Assembly (NCBI GenBank): GCA_964291295.2
Contig: OZ219754.1
Coordinates: forward strand, 1,472,001 to 1,536,000
Source: an uncultured Candidatus Binatia bacterium
GTDB taxonomy: Bacteria > Desulfobacterota > Binatia > UBA9968 > JAJDTQ01
DNA: 64,000 nucleotides
Direction: 5' to 3'
Part shown: in pieces, positions 22,415 through 32,565 of the stretch
Numbering within the stretch: the first letter of the stretch is position 1
Layout of the letters: each line of letters begins with the position of its first letter
Made by a program: the position numbers and the translations under genes
Notes under the pieces: model-generated
Seen by the model: only the letters and a program-made list of their open reading frames with translations
What the model was told of the DNA's origin: nothing
The model's database searches: none

Positions 22415-22867
22415 ATGATGGCGCGGCATGCCTGGGTCGCGGGCCTGCTGGTGCTGCCGGCGGTGCTGTCCGCCGGCTGCGGCAAGAGAGGCGCGCCGCG
22501 GGTTCCGGAGTGGACGGTGCCCGCCGCCATCACCGACCTCAGGGCCCGGGTCGAGAACCACGGCATCGTCCTCGGGTGGTCGCGCCCGAGGGTGGCGCTC
22601 GATGGCCGGAGGCTCACCGACCTGGCGGCGTTCGTGGTGCTGCGCAAGAGCACGCGCGCGGATTGCCCGCAATGCCGCGCCACGTATCGCCAGCGGGCGG
22701 TGGTGCGGGTGGAGGAGCCGGGCTGGTTCTTCAGGCAAGTGGAATACGGCTATACGGACCGGGATCTCCGTGCCGGCACGGTCTACCGGTACCGGGTCCG
22801 GGCCCGTCTGTCGGACGGCTCCGCCGGCGGGCCGTCGAACGATGTGCGTGTGGCATGGCAACCGTGA
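22415..22867 (+). CDS. Lipoprotein with LptM/YifL-like N-terminus and fibronectin type III-like domain
   Basis: Lipobox LSAGC followed by GKRGAP; FN3-like LGWS...YTDRD...YRYRVRA...SN; CxxC (CPQC). Confidence 0.75.
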   Translation: MMARHAWVAGLLVLPAVLSAGCGKRGAPRVPEWTVPAAITDLRARVENHGIVLGWSRPRVALDGRRLTDLAAFVVLRKSTRADCPQCRATYRQRAVVRVEEPGWFFRQVEYGYTDRDLRAGTVYRYRVRARLSDGSAGGPSNDVRVAWQP

Positions 22868-24120
22868 AGGATCATTTCACGTACAGGAACGATGCGATGT
22901 ACTGCGACGACGTGTCCGTCCGGGCCATCGTCGAGGCGGTGGGGACGCCGGTGTACATCTACAGCCTTGCCCGGTTGCGTGAGGCCTTCCGTTCCTTTGA
23001 CCGGGCCTTTGCCGCCCACCGCCATCTGGTCTGCTTCTCGGTCAAGGCCAACTCCAACCTCGCGGTGCTGCGGGCCTTCGTGAACGAGGGGTCGGGGTTC
23101 GACATCGTTTCCGGCGGCGAACTTTTCCGGGTGCTCAAGGCCGGCGCCGACCCGCGCCGGGTGGTGTTCTCGGGCGTGGGCAAGACCCGGGACGAGATGG
23201 CGTATGCGCTGCGCTCCGGCATTCTGATGTTCAACGTCGAATCGGAACCGGAGATGGAGGCGCTGAACGAAGTGGCCGGGAGTCTGGGCGTGGTGGCGCC
23301 GGTGAGCTTCCGCATCAATCCCGACGTGGACCCGCAGACCCATCCGTATATCTCCACCGGAATGAAGAAGAGCAAGTTCGGCATCGCCATCGACCCCGCG
23401 GCCCGGGCCTACCGCCGGGCCATCGCCCTGCCCCACCTGGAAGTCGTGGGGGTGGACTGCCACATCGGTTCCCAGCTCACCTCCACGGCTCCCTTCGCGG
23501 ACGCCGCCGAGCGCGTGCGGGCCTTTGTCGCATCGTTGCAGCGGGAAGGGGCCGATATCCGCTACGTGGACCTGGGCGGCGGCCTGGGCATCCGCTACCG
23601 CGACGAGGAACCGCCGGACCCGGGGGACTACGCCCGGGCGCTGGTGAAGGGGGTCCACGGCCTGGACGTGACCCTGGTGCTGGAGCCGGGCCGGTCCATG
23701 GTGGGCGACGCCGGTATCCTGGCCACCCGGGTGCTCTATCTCAAGCGTACCGAGGCCAGGAACTTCGTGGTGGTGGACGGCGCCATGAACGATCTCATCC
23801 GCCCCTCCCTGTACGGGGCGTTCCAGGGGTTGCGCCCGGTGGAGCGGCGCGACTCCGAACTCATGACCGCCGACGTGGTGGGCCCCATCTGCGAGAGCGG
23901 CGACTTTTTTGCCCGGGACCGCCCGGTCCGGACGCCGGTGCCGGGGGACCTCATGGCCGTCATGAGCGCCGGCGCCTATGGCTTCACCATGGCGTCCAAC
24001 TACAACACCCGGCCCAGGGCGGCGGAGGTGCTGGTGGACGGCGGGGAGTTTGCGGTGGTGCGGGAAAGGGAGACCCTGGAAGGGTTGGTGGCGGGCGAGA
24101 CGATACCCGCGATGCTGTAG
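22864..24120 (+). CDS. lysA: Diaminopimelate decarboxylase
   Basis: SVKANSN, SKFG, HIGSQ, DLGGG, EPGR, GPICESGD, YNTRP. Confidence 0.96.
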   Translation: MKDHFTYRNDAMYCDDVSVRAIVEAVGTPVYIYSLARLREAFRSFDRAFAAHRHLVCFSVKANSNLAVLRAFVNEGSGFDIVSGGELFRVLKAGADPRRVVFSGVGKTRDEMAYALRSGILMFNVESEPEMEALNEVAGSLGVVAPVSFRINPDVDPQTHPYISTGMKKSKFGIAIDPAARAYRRAIALPHLEVVGVDCHIGSQLTSTAPFADAAERVRAFVASLQREGADIRYVDLGGGLGIRYRDEEPPDPGDYARALVKGVHGLDVTLVLEPGRSMVGDAGILATRVLYLKRTEARNFVVVDGAMNDLIRPSLYGAFQGLRPVERRDSELMTADVVGPICESGDFFARDRPVRTPVPGDLMAVMSAGAYGFTMASNYNTRPRAAEVLVDGGEFAVVRERETLEGLVAGETIPAML

Positions 24121-24182
24121 GGGCCATGCGGCCGGACCCGCGCTCCCGGATCGTACTGCAGCGCGCGGCCGCGGAGGAGCCC

Positions 24183-25004
24183 ATGACCGAGATCACGTTT
24201 ACCAAGATGCATGGCTGCGGCAACGACTTCGTGGTGCTGGACTGCATGGAGGGGGCGCCGGCGGCTCTGGCCGACATTGCCAGGAACCTGTGCCACCGCC
24301 GCTTCGGCGTGGGCGCGGACCAGTTGCTCACCGTCCGGCCGTCGGATTCGGCGGACTTCAGGATGGAGATCTACAACGCCGACGGCGGCGAGGTGGAGAT
24401 GTGCGGCAACGGTATTCGTTGCTTTGCCAGGTATGTCCACGAACATGGTTTGACCCGGAAGCGGGAGATCGAGGTGGAGACGCTCGCCGGCGTCATCCGG
24501 CCTCGGCTCAGGGGTGACCGGGTGGAGGTGGACATGGGCCGGCCCGTGCTCGACGGGCGGGCCATCCCGGTGGCCGCCGGCGGGCGCATCCTCGACCATC
24601 CGCTGGCCGTCGACGGCGTCGAATACACCGTGACCTGCGTTTCGATGGGGAACCCCCATTGCGTCCTCTATGTGGACGACGTGGACGCGCTGGACCTGCC
24701 CCGCTTGGGACCCCGCTTCGAACACCACGGCTTCTTCCCCCATCGGGTCAACACGGAGTTCGTCCAGGTGCTGGGGCGCGGCGAGGTGCGCATGCGCGTG
24801 TGGGAGCGCGGTGCCGGCGAGACCTGGGCGTGCGGCACCGGCGCCAGTGCGGTGGGCGTTGCCGGCGTCTTGACCGGCAGAACCGGCAGGAAGATCACGG
24901 TACATCTGATGGGCGGCGACCTGGAGATACGCTGGGCCGACGACGACCGTGTCCACATGACCGGTCCGGCCCGGGAAGTGTTCCAGGGCCGTATCCGCCT
25001 GTGA
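24183..25004 (+). CDS. dapF: Diaminopimelate epimerase
   Basis: KMHGCGNDF, MCGNGIRC, GNPH, ERGAGETWACGTG. Confidence 0.96.
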   Translation: MTEITFTKMHGCGNDFVVLDCMEGAPAALADIARNLCHRRFGVGADQLLTVRPSDSADFRMEIYNADGGEVEMCGNGIRCFARYVHEHGLTRKREIEVETLAGVIRPRLRGDRVEVDMGRPVLDGRAIPVAAGGRILDHPLAVDGVEYTVTCVSMGNPHCVLYVDDVDALDLPRLGPRFEHHGFFPHRVNTEFVQVLGRGEVRMRVWERGAGETWACGTGASAVGVAGVLTGRTGRKITVHLMGGDLEIRWADDDRVHMTGPAREVFQGRIRL

Positions 25005-25192
25005 CTCGCGCCGGGGCGGATGGGGGAGGGCGGCCCGCGCCGCCGCCCCGCTTTCGCATCGGGCCGGGCCGTTGCGGTCGGGCCGGTGCACGTGGCGGCC
25101 GGTCCCTTGCACCTTGTTCACATGGGTACGGCGGCGGTGCGCCGGCGCCGGCCGGCGCACGTCCTGAATGACGCCGTCATGGGAGTGACGCC

Positions 25193-26077
25193 ATGTTCAC
25201 CGGATCGATGACAGCCATGGTGACGCCGTTCAGGGACGGCGCTGTGGACTACGCCGCTCTCGAGGCGCTGGTGGAGTTCCAGATCGGGCAGGGCACCCAC
25301 GCCCTGGTGCCGTGCGGCTCCACCGGAGAGTCGGCCACCCTGGACCACGCCGAGCACCACGCCGTCATCAAGACGGTGGTCCGGGCGGCAGGGCGGCGGG
25401 TTCCGGTCATTGCCGGCACCGGCTCCAACTCCACCCGCGAGGCCATGGATCTCACCCGGGCGGCGGAGGAGTCGGGCGCGGACGGTGCGCTGTTGATCTC
25501 GCCCTACTACAACAAGCCCACCCAGGAAGGCGTCTACCGCCATTACCGGGCGGTGGCCGAGCACGTGGGCATCCCGCTCATCGTCTACAACATACCCGGC
25601 CGCACGGCTTCGAAGATCGAGCCCGAGACCCTCGCGCGGCTGGCGGCCATCGACAACGTGGCCGGGGTCAAGGAAGCCACGGGTTCGGTGGACCAGGCCA
25701 TCGACGTCCTGCGCCTGTGCGGCGACTCGCTGGCCGTCTACTCCGGCGAGGACTCGCTGGTGTATTCGCTCATGGCCCTGGGCGGCAAGGGTGTCATCAC
25801 CACCACCGGCAATGTCGCACCCCGGGCCATGGCCGACCTCGCGGAGGCCTGCATGCGGGAGGACTGGGCCGCCGGCCGCCGGATCCAGTTCGAGTTGATG
25901 CCGCTGATCCGTTGTCTTTTCAGCGAAACCAATCCCATTCCCGTCAAGACCGCCCTGTCCCTCATGGGCCGATGCGGCGCCGAGCTCCGGTTGCCGCTGA
26001 CCCCCATGGACGAGTCGAACCTGGAGCGGCTGAAGCGTGCCCTGGCCGACCGCGGGTTGACCGGGCGTCCTTCGTGA
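25193..26077 (+). CDS. dapA: 4-hydroxy-tetrahydrodipicolinate synthase
   Basis: GSTGES, PYYNKP, YNIPGRT, KEA, NPIPVK. Confidence 0.96.
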   Translation: MFTGSMTAMVTPFRDGAVDYAALEALVEFQIGQGTHALVPCGSTGESATLDHAEHHAVIKTVVRAAGRRVPVIAGTGSNSTREAMDLTRAAEESGADGALLISPYYNKPTQEGVYRHYRAVAEHVGIPLIVYNIPGRTASKIEPETLARLAAIDNVAGVKEATGSVDQAIDVLRLCGDSLAVYSGEDSLVYSLMALGGKGVITTTGNVAPRAMADLAEACMREDWAAGRRIQFELMPLIRCLFSETNPIPVKTALSLMGRCGAELRLPLTPMDESNLERLKRALADRGLTGRPS

Positions 26078-26122
26078 CCGCGGGCGGGCCGGCGCATCTC
26101 CATGCGGGCAGGGACACGGAAC

Positions 26123-26956
26123 ATGAGCACGCTGGGTCTGATCGTCTGCGGGCCGGGGGGAAGGATGGGCGGGGCGCTGGTGCGCCTGATCCGGGACACC
26201 CCGGGCGTCACCCTCGCCGGGGCCTGCGACCGGCCCGGCAGCCCGCGGCTGGGACGGGACGCCGGCGAGGTGGCCGGGGCCGGCCATCTGGGGGTCGAAA
26301 TCGTCGATCGTATCGAGCCGCTTGTCGAGCCAGGCATCGAGCCACCGGCGGAGGAAAGGCGCGTCATCGTCGATCTGACGACGCCCGAGGCTTCCGTTGC
26401 CCACATGAAGGCCGCGGCCGGCACCGCCACCCCCATCGTCATCGGCACCACGGGGTTCAACGCGAGACAACTCCGGCAGATCCGTACCCTGGCGGCCCGG
26501 ACGCCGGCCGTTCTCGCTCCCAACATGAGCCTTGGAGTGAACCTGCTGCTGGAGCTGGTGGGGAGGGTGGCGCGCAGCCTCGGCGACGCCTACGACGTGG
26601 AGGTGGTGGAGGCGCACCACCGGTTCAAGAAGGACGCCCCCAGCGGCACCGCGCTGGCGCTGGCCCGGGCCGCCGGCGATGCTCTGGGGCGCAGGCTGGA
26701 ACGGGTGGGCGTGGAGGGCCGCCGCGGCGCCGGCGCGCGCAAGACAACCGACATCGGCCTGCTCTCGGTCCGGGCCGGAGACATCGCGGGCGAGCACACC
26801 GTGCTGTTCGGCGGCATCGGCGAACGGCTGGAGCTGATCCACCGGGCCCACGGCCGCGGCGCCTTCGGCCGCGGCGCGATCCGGGCGGCGCAGTGGGTGG
26901 CGGAGCGGGAGAACGGCCTTTACGGCATGCGCGAGGTGCTGGGGCTGGCCGTGTAG
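26123..26956 (+). CDS. dapB: 4-hydroxy-tetrahydrodipicolinate reductase
   Basis: GRMG, GTTG, APNMSLG, EAHHRFKKDAPSGTA, GEH. Confidence 0.96.
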   Translation: MSTLGLIVCGPGGRMGGALVRLIRDTPGVTLAGACDRPGSPRLGRDAGEVAGAGHLGVEIVDRIEPLVEPGIEPPAEERRVIVDLTTPEASVAHMKAAAGTATPIVIGTTGFNARQLRQIRTLAARTPAVLAPNMSLGVNLLLELVGRVARSLGDAYDVEVVEAHHRFKKDAPSGTALALARAAGDALGRRLERVGVEGRRGAGARKTTDIGLLSVRAGDIAGEHTVLFGGIGERLELIHRAHGRGAFGRGAIRAAQWVAERENGLYGMREVLGLAV

Positions 26957-27054
26957 GGTTCCGGAACAGCTGAAAAATTCGTGCTCCCGGGCGGTTTTCA
27001 GGCGGTCAGGTTGACATCCGGAATCGCTTGTATTAATCACGGTTTCTATTCTCT

Positions 27055-27405
27055 GTGGCGTCAGATCCTCCCATATCGGACCCTGAGTCTGCGGAAGCGG
27101 AAGTCGAACGGCTGGCCGAGCGTATCGGCCGGTTGATTCGTTCCGTCGAGTCGGAAAAACGGGAAGACCTCAAGGAACTGGCCTTCTCCCTGGTCCGTGA
27201 AGAGTTGATCCGAGGGGATGAGCCACAACCGCCCGCGGGCGGGTCGGCGCCGGCGCCGTTGAATCCGTTGGGCGCGGGCGTGCTTTTTGTCGCCTTGGGG
27301 GCGGGCCTTTCCTTCGTGTTCGGGCCTGTCGGTCTGGCGTTGATGGCCGGTGGCCTCTTCTTCATCGTGTGGGGGGCTATCCTGAGTTGGACAAGAAAAA
27401 AGTAG
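27055..27405 (+). CDS. Small membrane protein (2 TM) at head of Rieske/b operon
   Basis: Acidic N-terminus, two hydrophobic C-terminal helices; 7 nt upstream of the Rieske gene. Confidence 0.6.
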   Translation: MASDPPISDPESAEAEVERLAERIGRLIRSVESEKREDLKELAFSLVREELIRGDEPQPPAGGSAPAPLNPLGAGVLFVALGAGLSFVFGPVGLALMAGGLFFIVWGAILSWTRKK

Positions 27406-27412
27406 AGGCGCG

Positions 27413-27937
27413 ATGGCAACGAACGGGAAACGAGAGATAAAGAGAGGCATCTGGAGCCGCCGGGATTTCTTCGGCCGGCTCGGCTGGACCGGCTTCGGCG
27501 TGTTCTCGCTGGTCTCCCTCTTCGCCTTCATGCGCTCCGCGTTTCCGCGGGTGCTCTTCAAGCCGCCTTCGACCTTCAAGGCGGGCTTTCCCTCCGACTA
27601 CACCGTCGGCGAGGTGAGCGAGAAGTTCAAGAAGGACTATCGCGTGTGGATCGTGCGCGAAGAGGCGGGATTCTACGCGGTCTTCGCCAAGTGCACGCAT
27701 CTCGGCTGCACGCCGCGCTGGCTGGCGGCCGAGAGCAAGTTCAAGTGCCCCTGTCACGGCAGCGGCTTCTTCAAGTCGGGACTGAACTTCGAGGGGCCGG
27801 CCCCGCGGCCGCTGGACCGGTTCGAGATCGCCCTAGCGGAGGATGGGCAGCTCATCGTGGACAAGTCCAGGGAGTTCCGCATGGGGCCCAGCGGCGAGCC
27901 GGACGAGCAACATCCCGAAAGCATCCTCAAGGTTTGA
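27413..27937 (+). CDS. Rieske 2Fe-2S subunit of Rieske/cytochrome b complex
   Basis: Tat motif SRRDFF, CTHLGC and CPCHGS, GPAPRPL. Confidence 0.95.
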   Translation: MATNGKREIKRGIWSRRDFFGRLGWTGFGVFSLVSLFAFMRSAFPRVLFKPPSTFKAGFPSDYTVGEVSEKFKKDYRVWIVREEAGFYAVFAKCTHLGCTPRWLAAESKFKCPCHGSGFFKSGLNFEGPAPRPLDRFEIALAEDGQLIVDKSREFRMGPSGEPDEQHPESILKV

Positions 27938-27944
27938 GACGGAC

Positions 27945-28715
27945 ATGATCAACTTCGAACAGATCAAGAAGGACGTCGTCGAGAGCCATATCTGGAAGTC
28001 GATCTTCCGGCACGGCTACGAGGACACGCCGCGCAACCGCGTGCTCATGGTGACGGGCAACGTGTGGATGCACCTGCATCCCGCCAAGGTCCGCAAGCAT
28101 GCCGTGCGCATGCGCTTCACCTGGTGCATGGGGGGCCTCACCTTCCTCATGTTTCTCCTGACGGTGGTGACCGGCATCTATCTCATGTTCTACTACCGGC
28201 CGGTGCCGCAATACGCCTACGCGGACATGAAGTATCTGGAGTTCGACATGCCCTTCGGGATGTTGATGCGCAACATGCACCGGTGGGCGGCCCACGCCAT
28301 GGTGATCTTCGTGTGGCTGCACATGTTCCGGGTCTTTCTCACCGGCTCCTACAAGCCGCCGCGGGAGTTCAACTGGATCGTCGGCGTGCTGCTGCTGGTG
28401 CTGACCCTGCTGTTGAGCTTCACCGGCTACCTGCTGCCCTGGGACCAGCTGGCCATCTGGGCGGTGACGGTGGGCTCCAACATGGCGCGCGCCACGCCGC
28501 TGCTGGGGCATGAAGGACCCTTCGCCGAGTTTGTCGGCGCCAATCCGGTGTACGATGCGCGGGCGTTCCTGTTCGGCGGCGGCGAGATCGGTCCCCACAC
28601 CCTGCTGCGGTTCTACATACTCCACTGCATCTTCATTCCGCTGGTGGCCAGCCTGCTCATGGCGGTGCACTTCTGGCGCATCCGCAGGGACGGTTTTTCC
28701 GGTCCCCCACTGTAG
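27945..28715 (+). CDS. Cytochrome b N-terminal (b6-like) subunit
   Basis: WCMGG, RNMHRWAAH, HMFRVF, FTGYLLPWDQ, LH...H heme ligands. Confidence 0.93.
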   Translation: MINFEQIKKDVVESHIWKSIFRHGYEDTPRNRVLMVTGNVWMHLHPAKVRKHAVRMRFTWCMGGLTFLMFLLTVVTGIYLMFYYRPVPQYAYADMKYLEFDMPFGMLMRNMHRWAAHAMVIFVWLHMFRVFLTGSYKPPREFNWIVGVLLLVLTLLLSFTGYLLPWDQLAIWAVTVGSNMARATPLLGHEGPFAEFVGANPVYDARAFLFGGGEIGPHTLLRFYILHCIFIPLVASLLMAVHFWRIRRDGFSGPPL

Positions 28716-28766
28716 TTTCCGGTTCGACCACGCGGATTCATCGTCTCAGGGAAAGGTAGCCACCGT

Positions 28767-29537
28767 ATGGCTGAGGCCGAGGAAAGAAGCCGGGCGATCG
28801 TCGTCGACGACAAGATCCATACCTGGCCGCATCTCGTTCGCGGCGAGTTTCTGGTCACGATCTTCGTGATGGTGGCCATGGGGCTGTGGTCGCTGCTGGT
28901 GGACGCGCCGCTGGAAGAGCCCGCCAATCCGGCCCGCACTCCCAACCCGTCCAAGGCGCCGTGGTATTTCCTCGGCCTGCAGGAGATGCTGGTGTACTTC
29001 GACCCTTGGTACGCCGGGGTGGTGCTGCCGACGTTCATCATCATCGGGCTGATGGTGATCCCCTTCATCGACATCAACACCAAGGGCAACGGCTACTACA
29101 CCTTCAAGGACCGCAAGTGGGAGATCCTGACCTTCTTCATCGGGTTCCACATCCTCTGGGTGGTCACCATCATCATCGGGACGTTTTTCCGCGGCCCCGG
29201 ATGGAACCTGTTCTGGCCGTGGCAGAGGTGGGACCCCCACAAGGTGGTGGCGTTGACCAACGTGGACCTGCCCTACCTCGTGGGGCTGCGGGACTACTGG
29301 GCCCAGGCCGGCTTCGGGCTGTTCCTGGTGCTGCTCTACTACGTGGTTTCGGTGTGGCTGTTCTACAAGTGGATCATCTGGATCAAGGGCAGGGAGTTCA
29401 TGGTCCGGTGGGGTGCCGTCCGGTTCGCGATCACCTCCTTTCTCTTCGTGACCATGATGGGGCTGCCGGTGAAGATGTTTCTGCGGCTGGTGTTCAACAT
29501 CAAGTACATCATGGTCACGCCCTGGCTCAACATCTGA
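28767..29537 (+). CDS. Cytochrome b C-terminal (subunit IV-like)
   Basis: WP, PANPARTP, APWYF (PEWY-equivalent), multiple TM helices. Confidence 0.88.
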   Translation: MAEAEERSRAIVVDDKIHTWPHLVRGEFLVTIFVMVAMGLWSLLVDAPLEEPANPARTPNPSKAPWYFLGLQEMLVYFDPWYAGVVLPTFIIIGLMVIPFIDINTKGNGYYTFKDRKWEILTFFIGFHILWVVTIIIGTFFRGPGWNLFWPWQRWDPHKVVALTNVDLPYLVGLRDYWAQAGFGLFLVLLYYVVSVWLFYKWIIWIKGREFMVRWGAVRFAITSFLFVTMMGLPVKMFLRLVFNIKYIMVTPWLNI

Positions 29538-29584
29538 ACCGTTGATTCAGAATCGCTGATTCAGATTCACTGATTCAATATCCG

Positions 29585-29752
29585 ATGTTCTATGTAGCAA
29601 AGCTGCTCCAGGCCCTGGGTATCGCCGACGTGGGTTACGCGGTGTTCGTGGGCATCTTTCAGGGCATCGCCATGGCCGAGGAGATCATCCTGACGCTCAT
29701 CGGCGTGGCGGTGTTCTCGCTCGGGCGTCTGCTGGAGAGCAAGGCGGCCTGA
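29585..29752 (+). CDS. 55-aa two-TM membrane protein (below ORF-track cutoff)
   Basis: MFYVAKLLQALGIADVGYAVFVGIFQGIAMAEEIILTLIGVAVFSLGRLLESKAA; GC3-rich codons, inside the operon. Confidence 0.7.
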   Translation: MFYVAKLLQALGIADVGYAVFVGIFQGIAMAEEIILTLIGVAVFSLGRLLESKAA

Positions 29753-29796
29753 CACCCGGTCGAGACAGATTCTCTGCGCGCTGTAAGGGAGAATGA

Positions 29797-32526
29797 ATGG
29801 CGGTTCGCGGCGTAGATCCCAACGAAGAGAAGAAGTCCTACGGGGCAGTCTTTTTCGTAGGCTCCATTCTTCTGGTGGTGGTGGCCCTGTGGGCGGTGTT
29901 CGACGACAACATCACCCGGCGGGTGTGGAAGATCCATCAGACCGAGTTCATCCGCACGGATTACGAACGCGCCGCCGCGGCATTGGCCAGGGAGCAGGAG
30001 CGACTGAACGCGGACCCCAAGTACCAGGAACTGGTGAAGAGGCGCGACGCCGAGTTGCGGAGCCTCGACAGCGGCGAGAAGGGTGAGCGGCTGGCGGAGA
30101 TGAAGGAGCTTCAGCAGCAGGTGGAGGTCGAATACTTCGACGCCGATCAGGAGGTCAAGTTCGTCAAGAGCCAGCAGGAGGAGGCGTGGTACGAGTTCGA
30201 CCACGCCGTCCAGCAGGGCCGGGACGCGGGTCCGTACCGGAAGCACATCACGGAGTTGGAAGAAATCCAGCACTCGCTGGAGCCCGCGCTGGCGGCGGCC
30301 CGCAGGAAGCGCGCGGATGTCAAGGCGGAGATCAGGGAAGTCGGCAGCGCCCTGAAGGCCATCGAGGAACAGCTTTACGGGATGGAGGGCGAGATACGGA
30401 AGGCGCGGCGCCAGATGGACAACGCCACGGTCACCGTCGGCCCGGAGGGTTTCCCGCAGTTTACCCTCTACAAGGTTCCCAAGATCGAGCAGGTGGTGCT
30501 CAAGGATTTCGACCGCAACAATTTCGACCAGCAGGTGGACAGGGTGGACCGTTGCCAGAGTTGCCACATCGCCATCAACCGCGCCGGATTCGATGACCTG
30601 CCGCATCCCCTGAAGACGCACCCCCGGCGCAGGGTCTTCCTGGGCGACGCGGCGCATCCGCCCCGCATCTACGGCTGCACCGCCTGCCATGAAGGACAGG
30701 GGGAGGCTGTCAACAGCCTGGCCCAGGCCCACGGCAATGTGAAGTTCTGGGAACATCCGCTGCTTGAGGGCAACGACGTGCAGGCCAACTGCATTACCTG
30801 TCATCTGAACGTCCAGGGTCTGGAGGGCGCCGAGGTGGTGGCGCACGGGCAACGGATCTTCGAACAGGTGGGCTGCACCGGTTGTCATCTGGTGGAGGGC
30901 TACGACGACATTCCCAAGGTCGGCCCCAGCCTCAGAAAGGTCCGCGCCAAGGTGGATCCCGCCTGGATGGTCCAGTGGATCCAGGATCCGCGCGCATTTC
31001 GGCCGCACACCCGCATGCCGCACTTCTACTTCAATGAGGAGGAGGCGGTGGCCGCGGCCTCCTATCTGTGGGCTGCGTCGAAGCAGGAAGCCGATGCCTG
31101 GCTCCAGCAGTCGCCCATGCCGGAAGGGTACCGGCCGGGCGACGCGGCCATGGTCGAGAAGGGCAGGGAGCTGGCCCGCGCGGTGGGTTGCCTGGGATGC
31201 CACGGACTGGCCGAAGGCGAGTTCACCACGCGCATCGCGGGCAAGGACCTGGTGCCGAACCTGAAGGACATCGCCGCCAAGGCGAACCCGCGCTGGACCT
31301 ACCACTGGCTGCGGAATCCCAAGGGCTACAACCCGGACACCCGGATGCCGAGCCTGCGGCTGTCGGACGACGAGGCGCTGGCGCTGACCACCTACCTGAT
31401 GACGCTGGGCTCCAGGCCCGAGCCGGACGCCGGGATGGTGGCCCGCCTTGAGCAGCCCGACAACATCGCCAGGGGCGAGAGGCTGGTGCGAAAGTACGGA
31501 TGCGCCGGCTGTCACGACATCCCGGGGATGGAAAAGGAGTCCCGCATCGGCGTCGAACTCACGACGTTCGGCTCCAAGCCGCTGGAGGAGCTGTTCTTCG
31601 GCAACGATACGACCATCAAGCACACCTGGAAGGATTGGACCTTCAACAAGATCCGCAATCCGCGGGTGTATGCCACGGAGCGGGTGGAGCAGTTGATGCC
31701 CCACTTCGATCTGCCCGATGAAGACATCAAGGCCCTGCGGGTGCTGCTGCATGGTTTCGTGGAGCGGAAGGTGCCCGAGGCATTCAAGGCGGATCACTCC
31801 GAGCGGGCGCGGCATATCCTGGCGGGGCGCCGGCAGATCCAGGAGTACAATTGCGTGGGCTGCCACGTCATCAACGGCGAGGGCGGATACGTTGCAAAGT
31901 ACTACGAGGAGAACCCGACCCTTGCCCCGCCGATGCTCAACGGGCAGGGCGAGAAGGTTCAGGCCAACTGGCTGTTCGGCTTCCTGCAGAACCCGGAAAC
32001 CCCGATACGGCCGTGGCTCAGGATCCGCATGCCCACCTTCGGTTTCGGCGGTCCCCACGCGGACGCCTTCGTGAACTACTTCGCGGCCCTTTCCGAGGTG
32101 GAAATCCCCTACGTCCACTTCGACGAGGCGCGGGTGCCCGCGGGATTTCTGGATGCCGGCCAAAAGCTCTTTTCCGACGACTACTTCGAGTGCGGCAGCT
32201 GCCATGTGCGGGGCGACAGGAAGCCCGACGGACCGATGGAAGACTGGGCCCCGGACCTCAACATGGCCCGCCAGCGGCTGAATCCGGACTGGATCGAGAA
32301 ATGGCTGCTCGACCCGCAGACGCTCCAGCCGGGAACCAGGATGCCGTCCTTCTATCCGGGCGGACCCGAGGACATTCTCGGCGGTGACGAGAAGAAGCAG
32401 ATCGAGGCGCTGACCGACTACATCATGTCGCTGGGTTCGGGGGCGGGGGCCACGGCCATGGCCGAAGGGGACCCGGCAACGGAGCCGGACGGGGAAAGTG
32501 TTGAGGAAATCGACAAACAGGGTTAA
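29797..32526 (+). CDS. Membrane-anchored multiheme cytochrome c (8 CxxCH) with coiled-coil stalk
   Basis: CQSCH, CTACH, CITCH, CTGCH, CLGCH, CAGCH, CVGCH, CGSCH; repeated P...RMP motifs; N-terminal TM. Confidence 0.93.
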   Translation: MAVRGVDPNEEKKSYGAVFFVGSILLVVVALWAVFDDNITRRVWKIHQTEFIRTDYERAAAALAREQERLNADPKYQELVKRRDAELRSLDSGEKGERLAEMKELQQQVEVEYFDADQEVKFVKSQQEEAWYEFDHAVQQGRDAGPYRKHITELEEIQHSLEPALAAARRKRADVKAEIREVGSALKAIEEQLYGMEGEIRKARRQMDNATVTVGPEGFPQFTLYKVPKIEQVVLKDFDRNNFDQQVDRVDRCQSCHIAINRAGFDDLPHPLKTHPRRRVFLGDAAHPPRIYGCTACHEGQGEAVNSLAQAHGNVKFWEHPLLEGNDVQANCITCHLNVQGLEGAEVVAHGQRIFEQVGCTGCHLVEGYDDIPKVGPSLRKVRAKVDPAWMVQWIQDPRAFRPHTRMPHFYFNEEEAVAAASYLWAASKQEADAWLQQSPMPEGYRPGDAAMVEKGRELARAVGCLGCHGLAEGEFTTRIAGKDLVPNLKDIAAKANPRWTYHWLRNPKGYNPDTRMPSLRLSDDEALALTTYLMTLGSRPEPDAGMVARLEQPDNIARGERLVRKYGCAGCHDIPGMEKESRIGVELTTFGSKPLEELFFGNDTTIKHTWKDWTFNKIRNPRVYATERVEQLMPHFDLPDEDIKALRVLLHGFVERKVPEAFKADHSERARHILAGRRQIQEYNCVGCHVINGEGGYVAKYYEENPTLAPPMLNGQGEKVQANWLFGFLQNPETPIRPWLRIRMPTFGFGGPHADAFVNYFAALSEVEIPYVHFDEARVPAGFLDAGQKLFSDDYFECGSCHVRGDRKPDGPMEDWAPDLNMARQRLNPDWIEKWLLDPQTLQPGTRMPSFYPGGPEDILGGDEKKQIEALTDYIMSLGSGAGATAMAEGDPATEPDGESVEEIDKQG

Positions 32527-32565
32527 CCTGAAAGAGCAAGATCACTCGGAACAGGAGAATACGAA

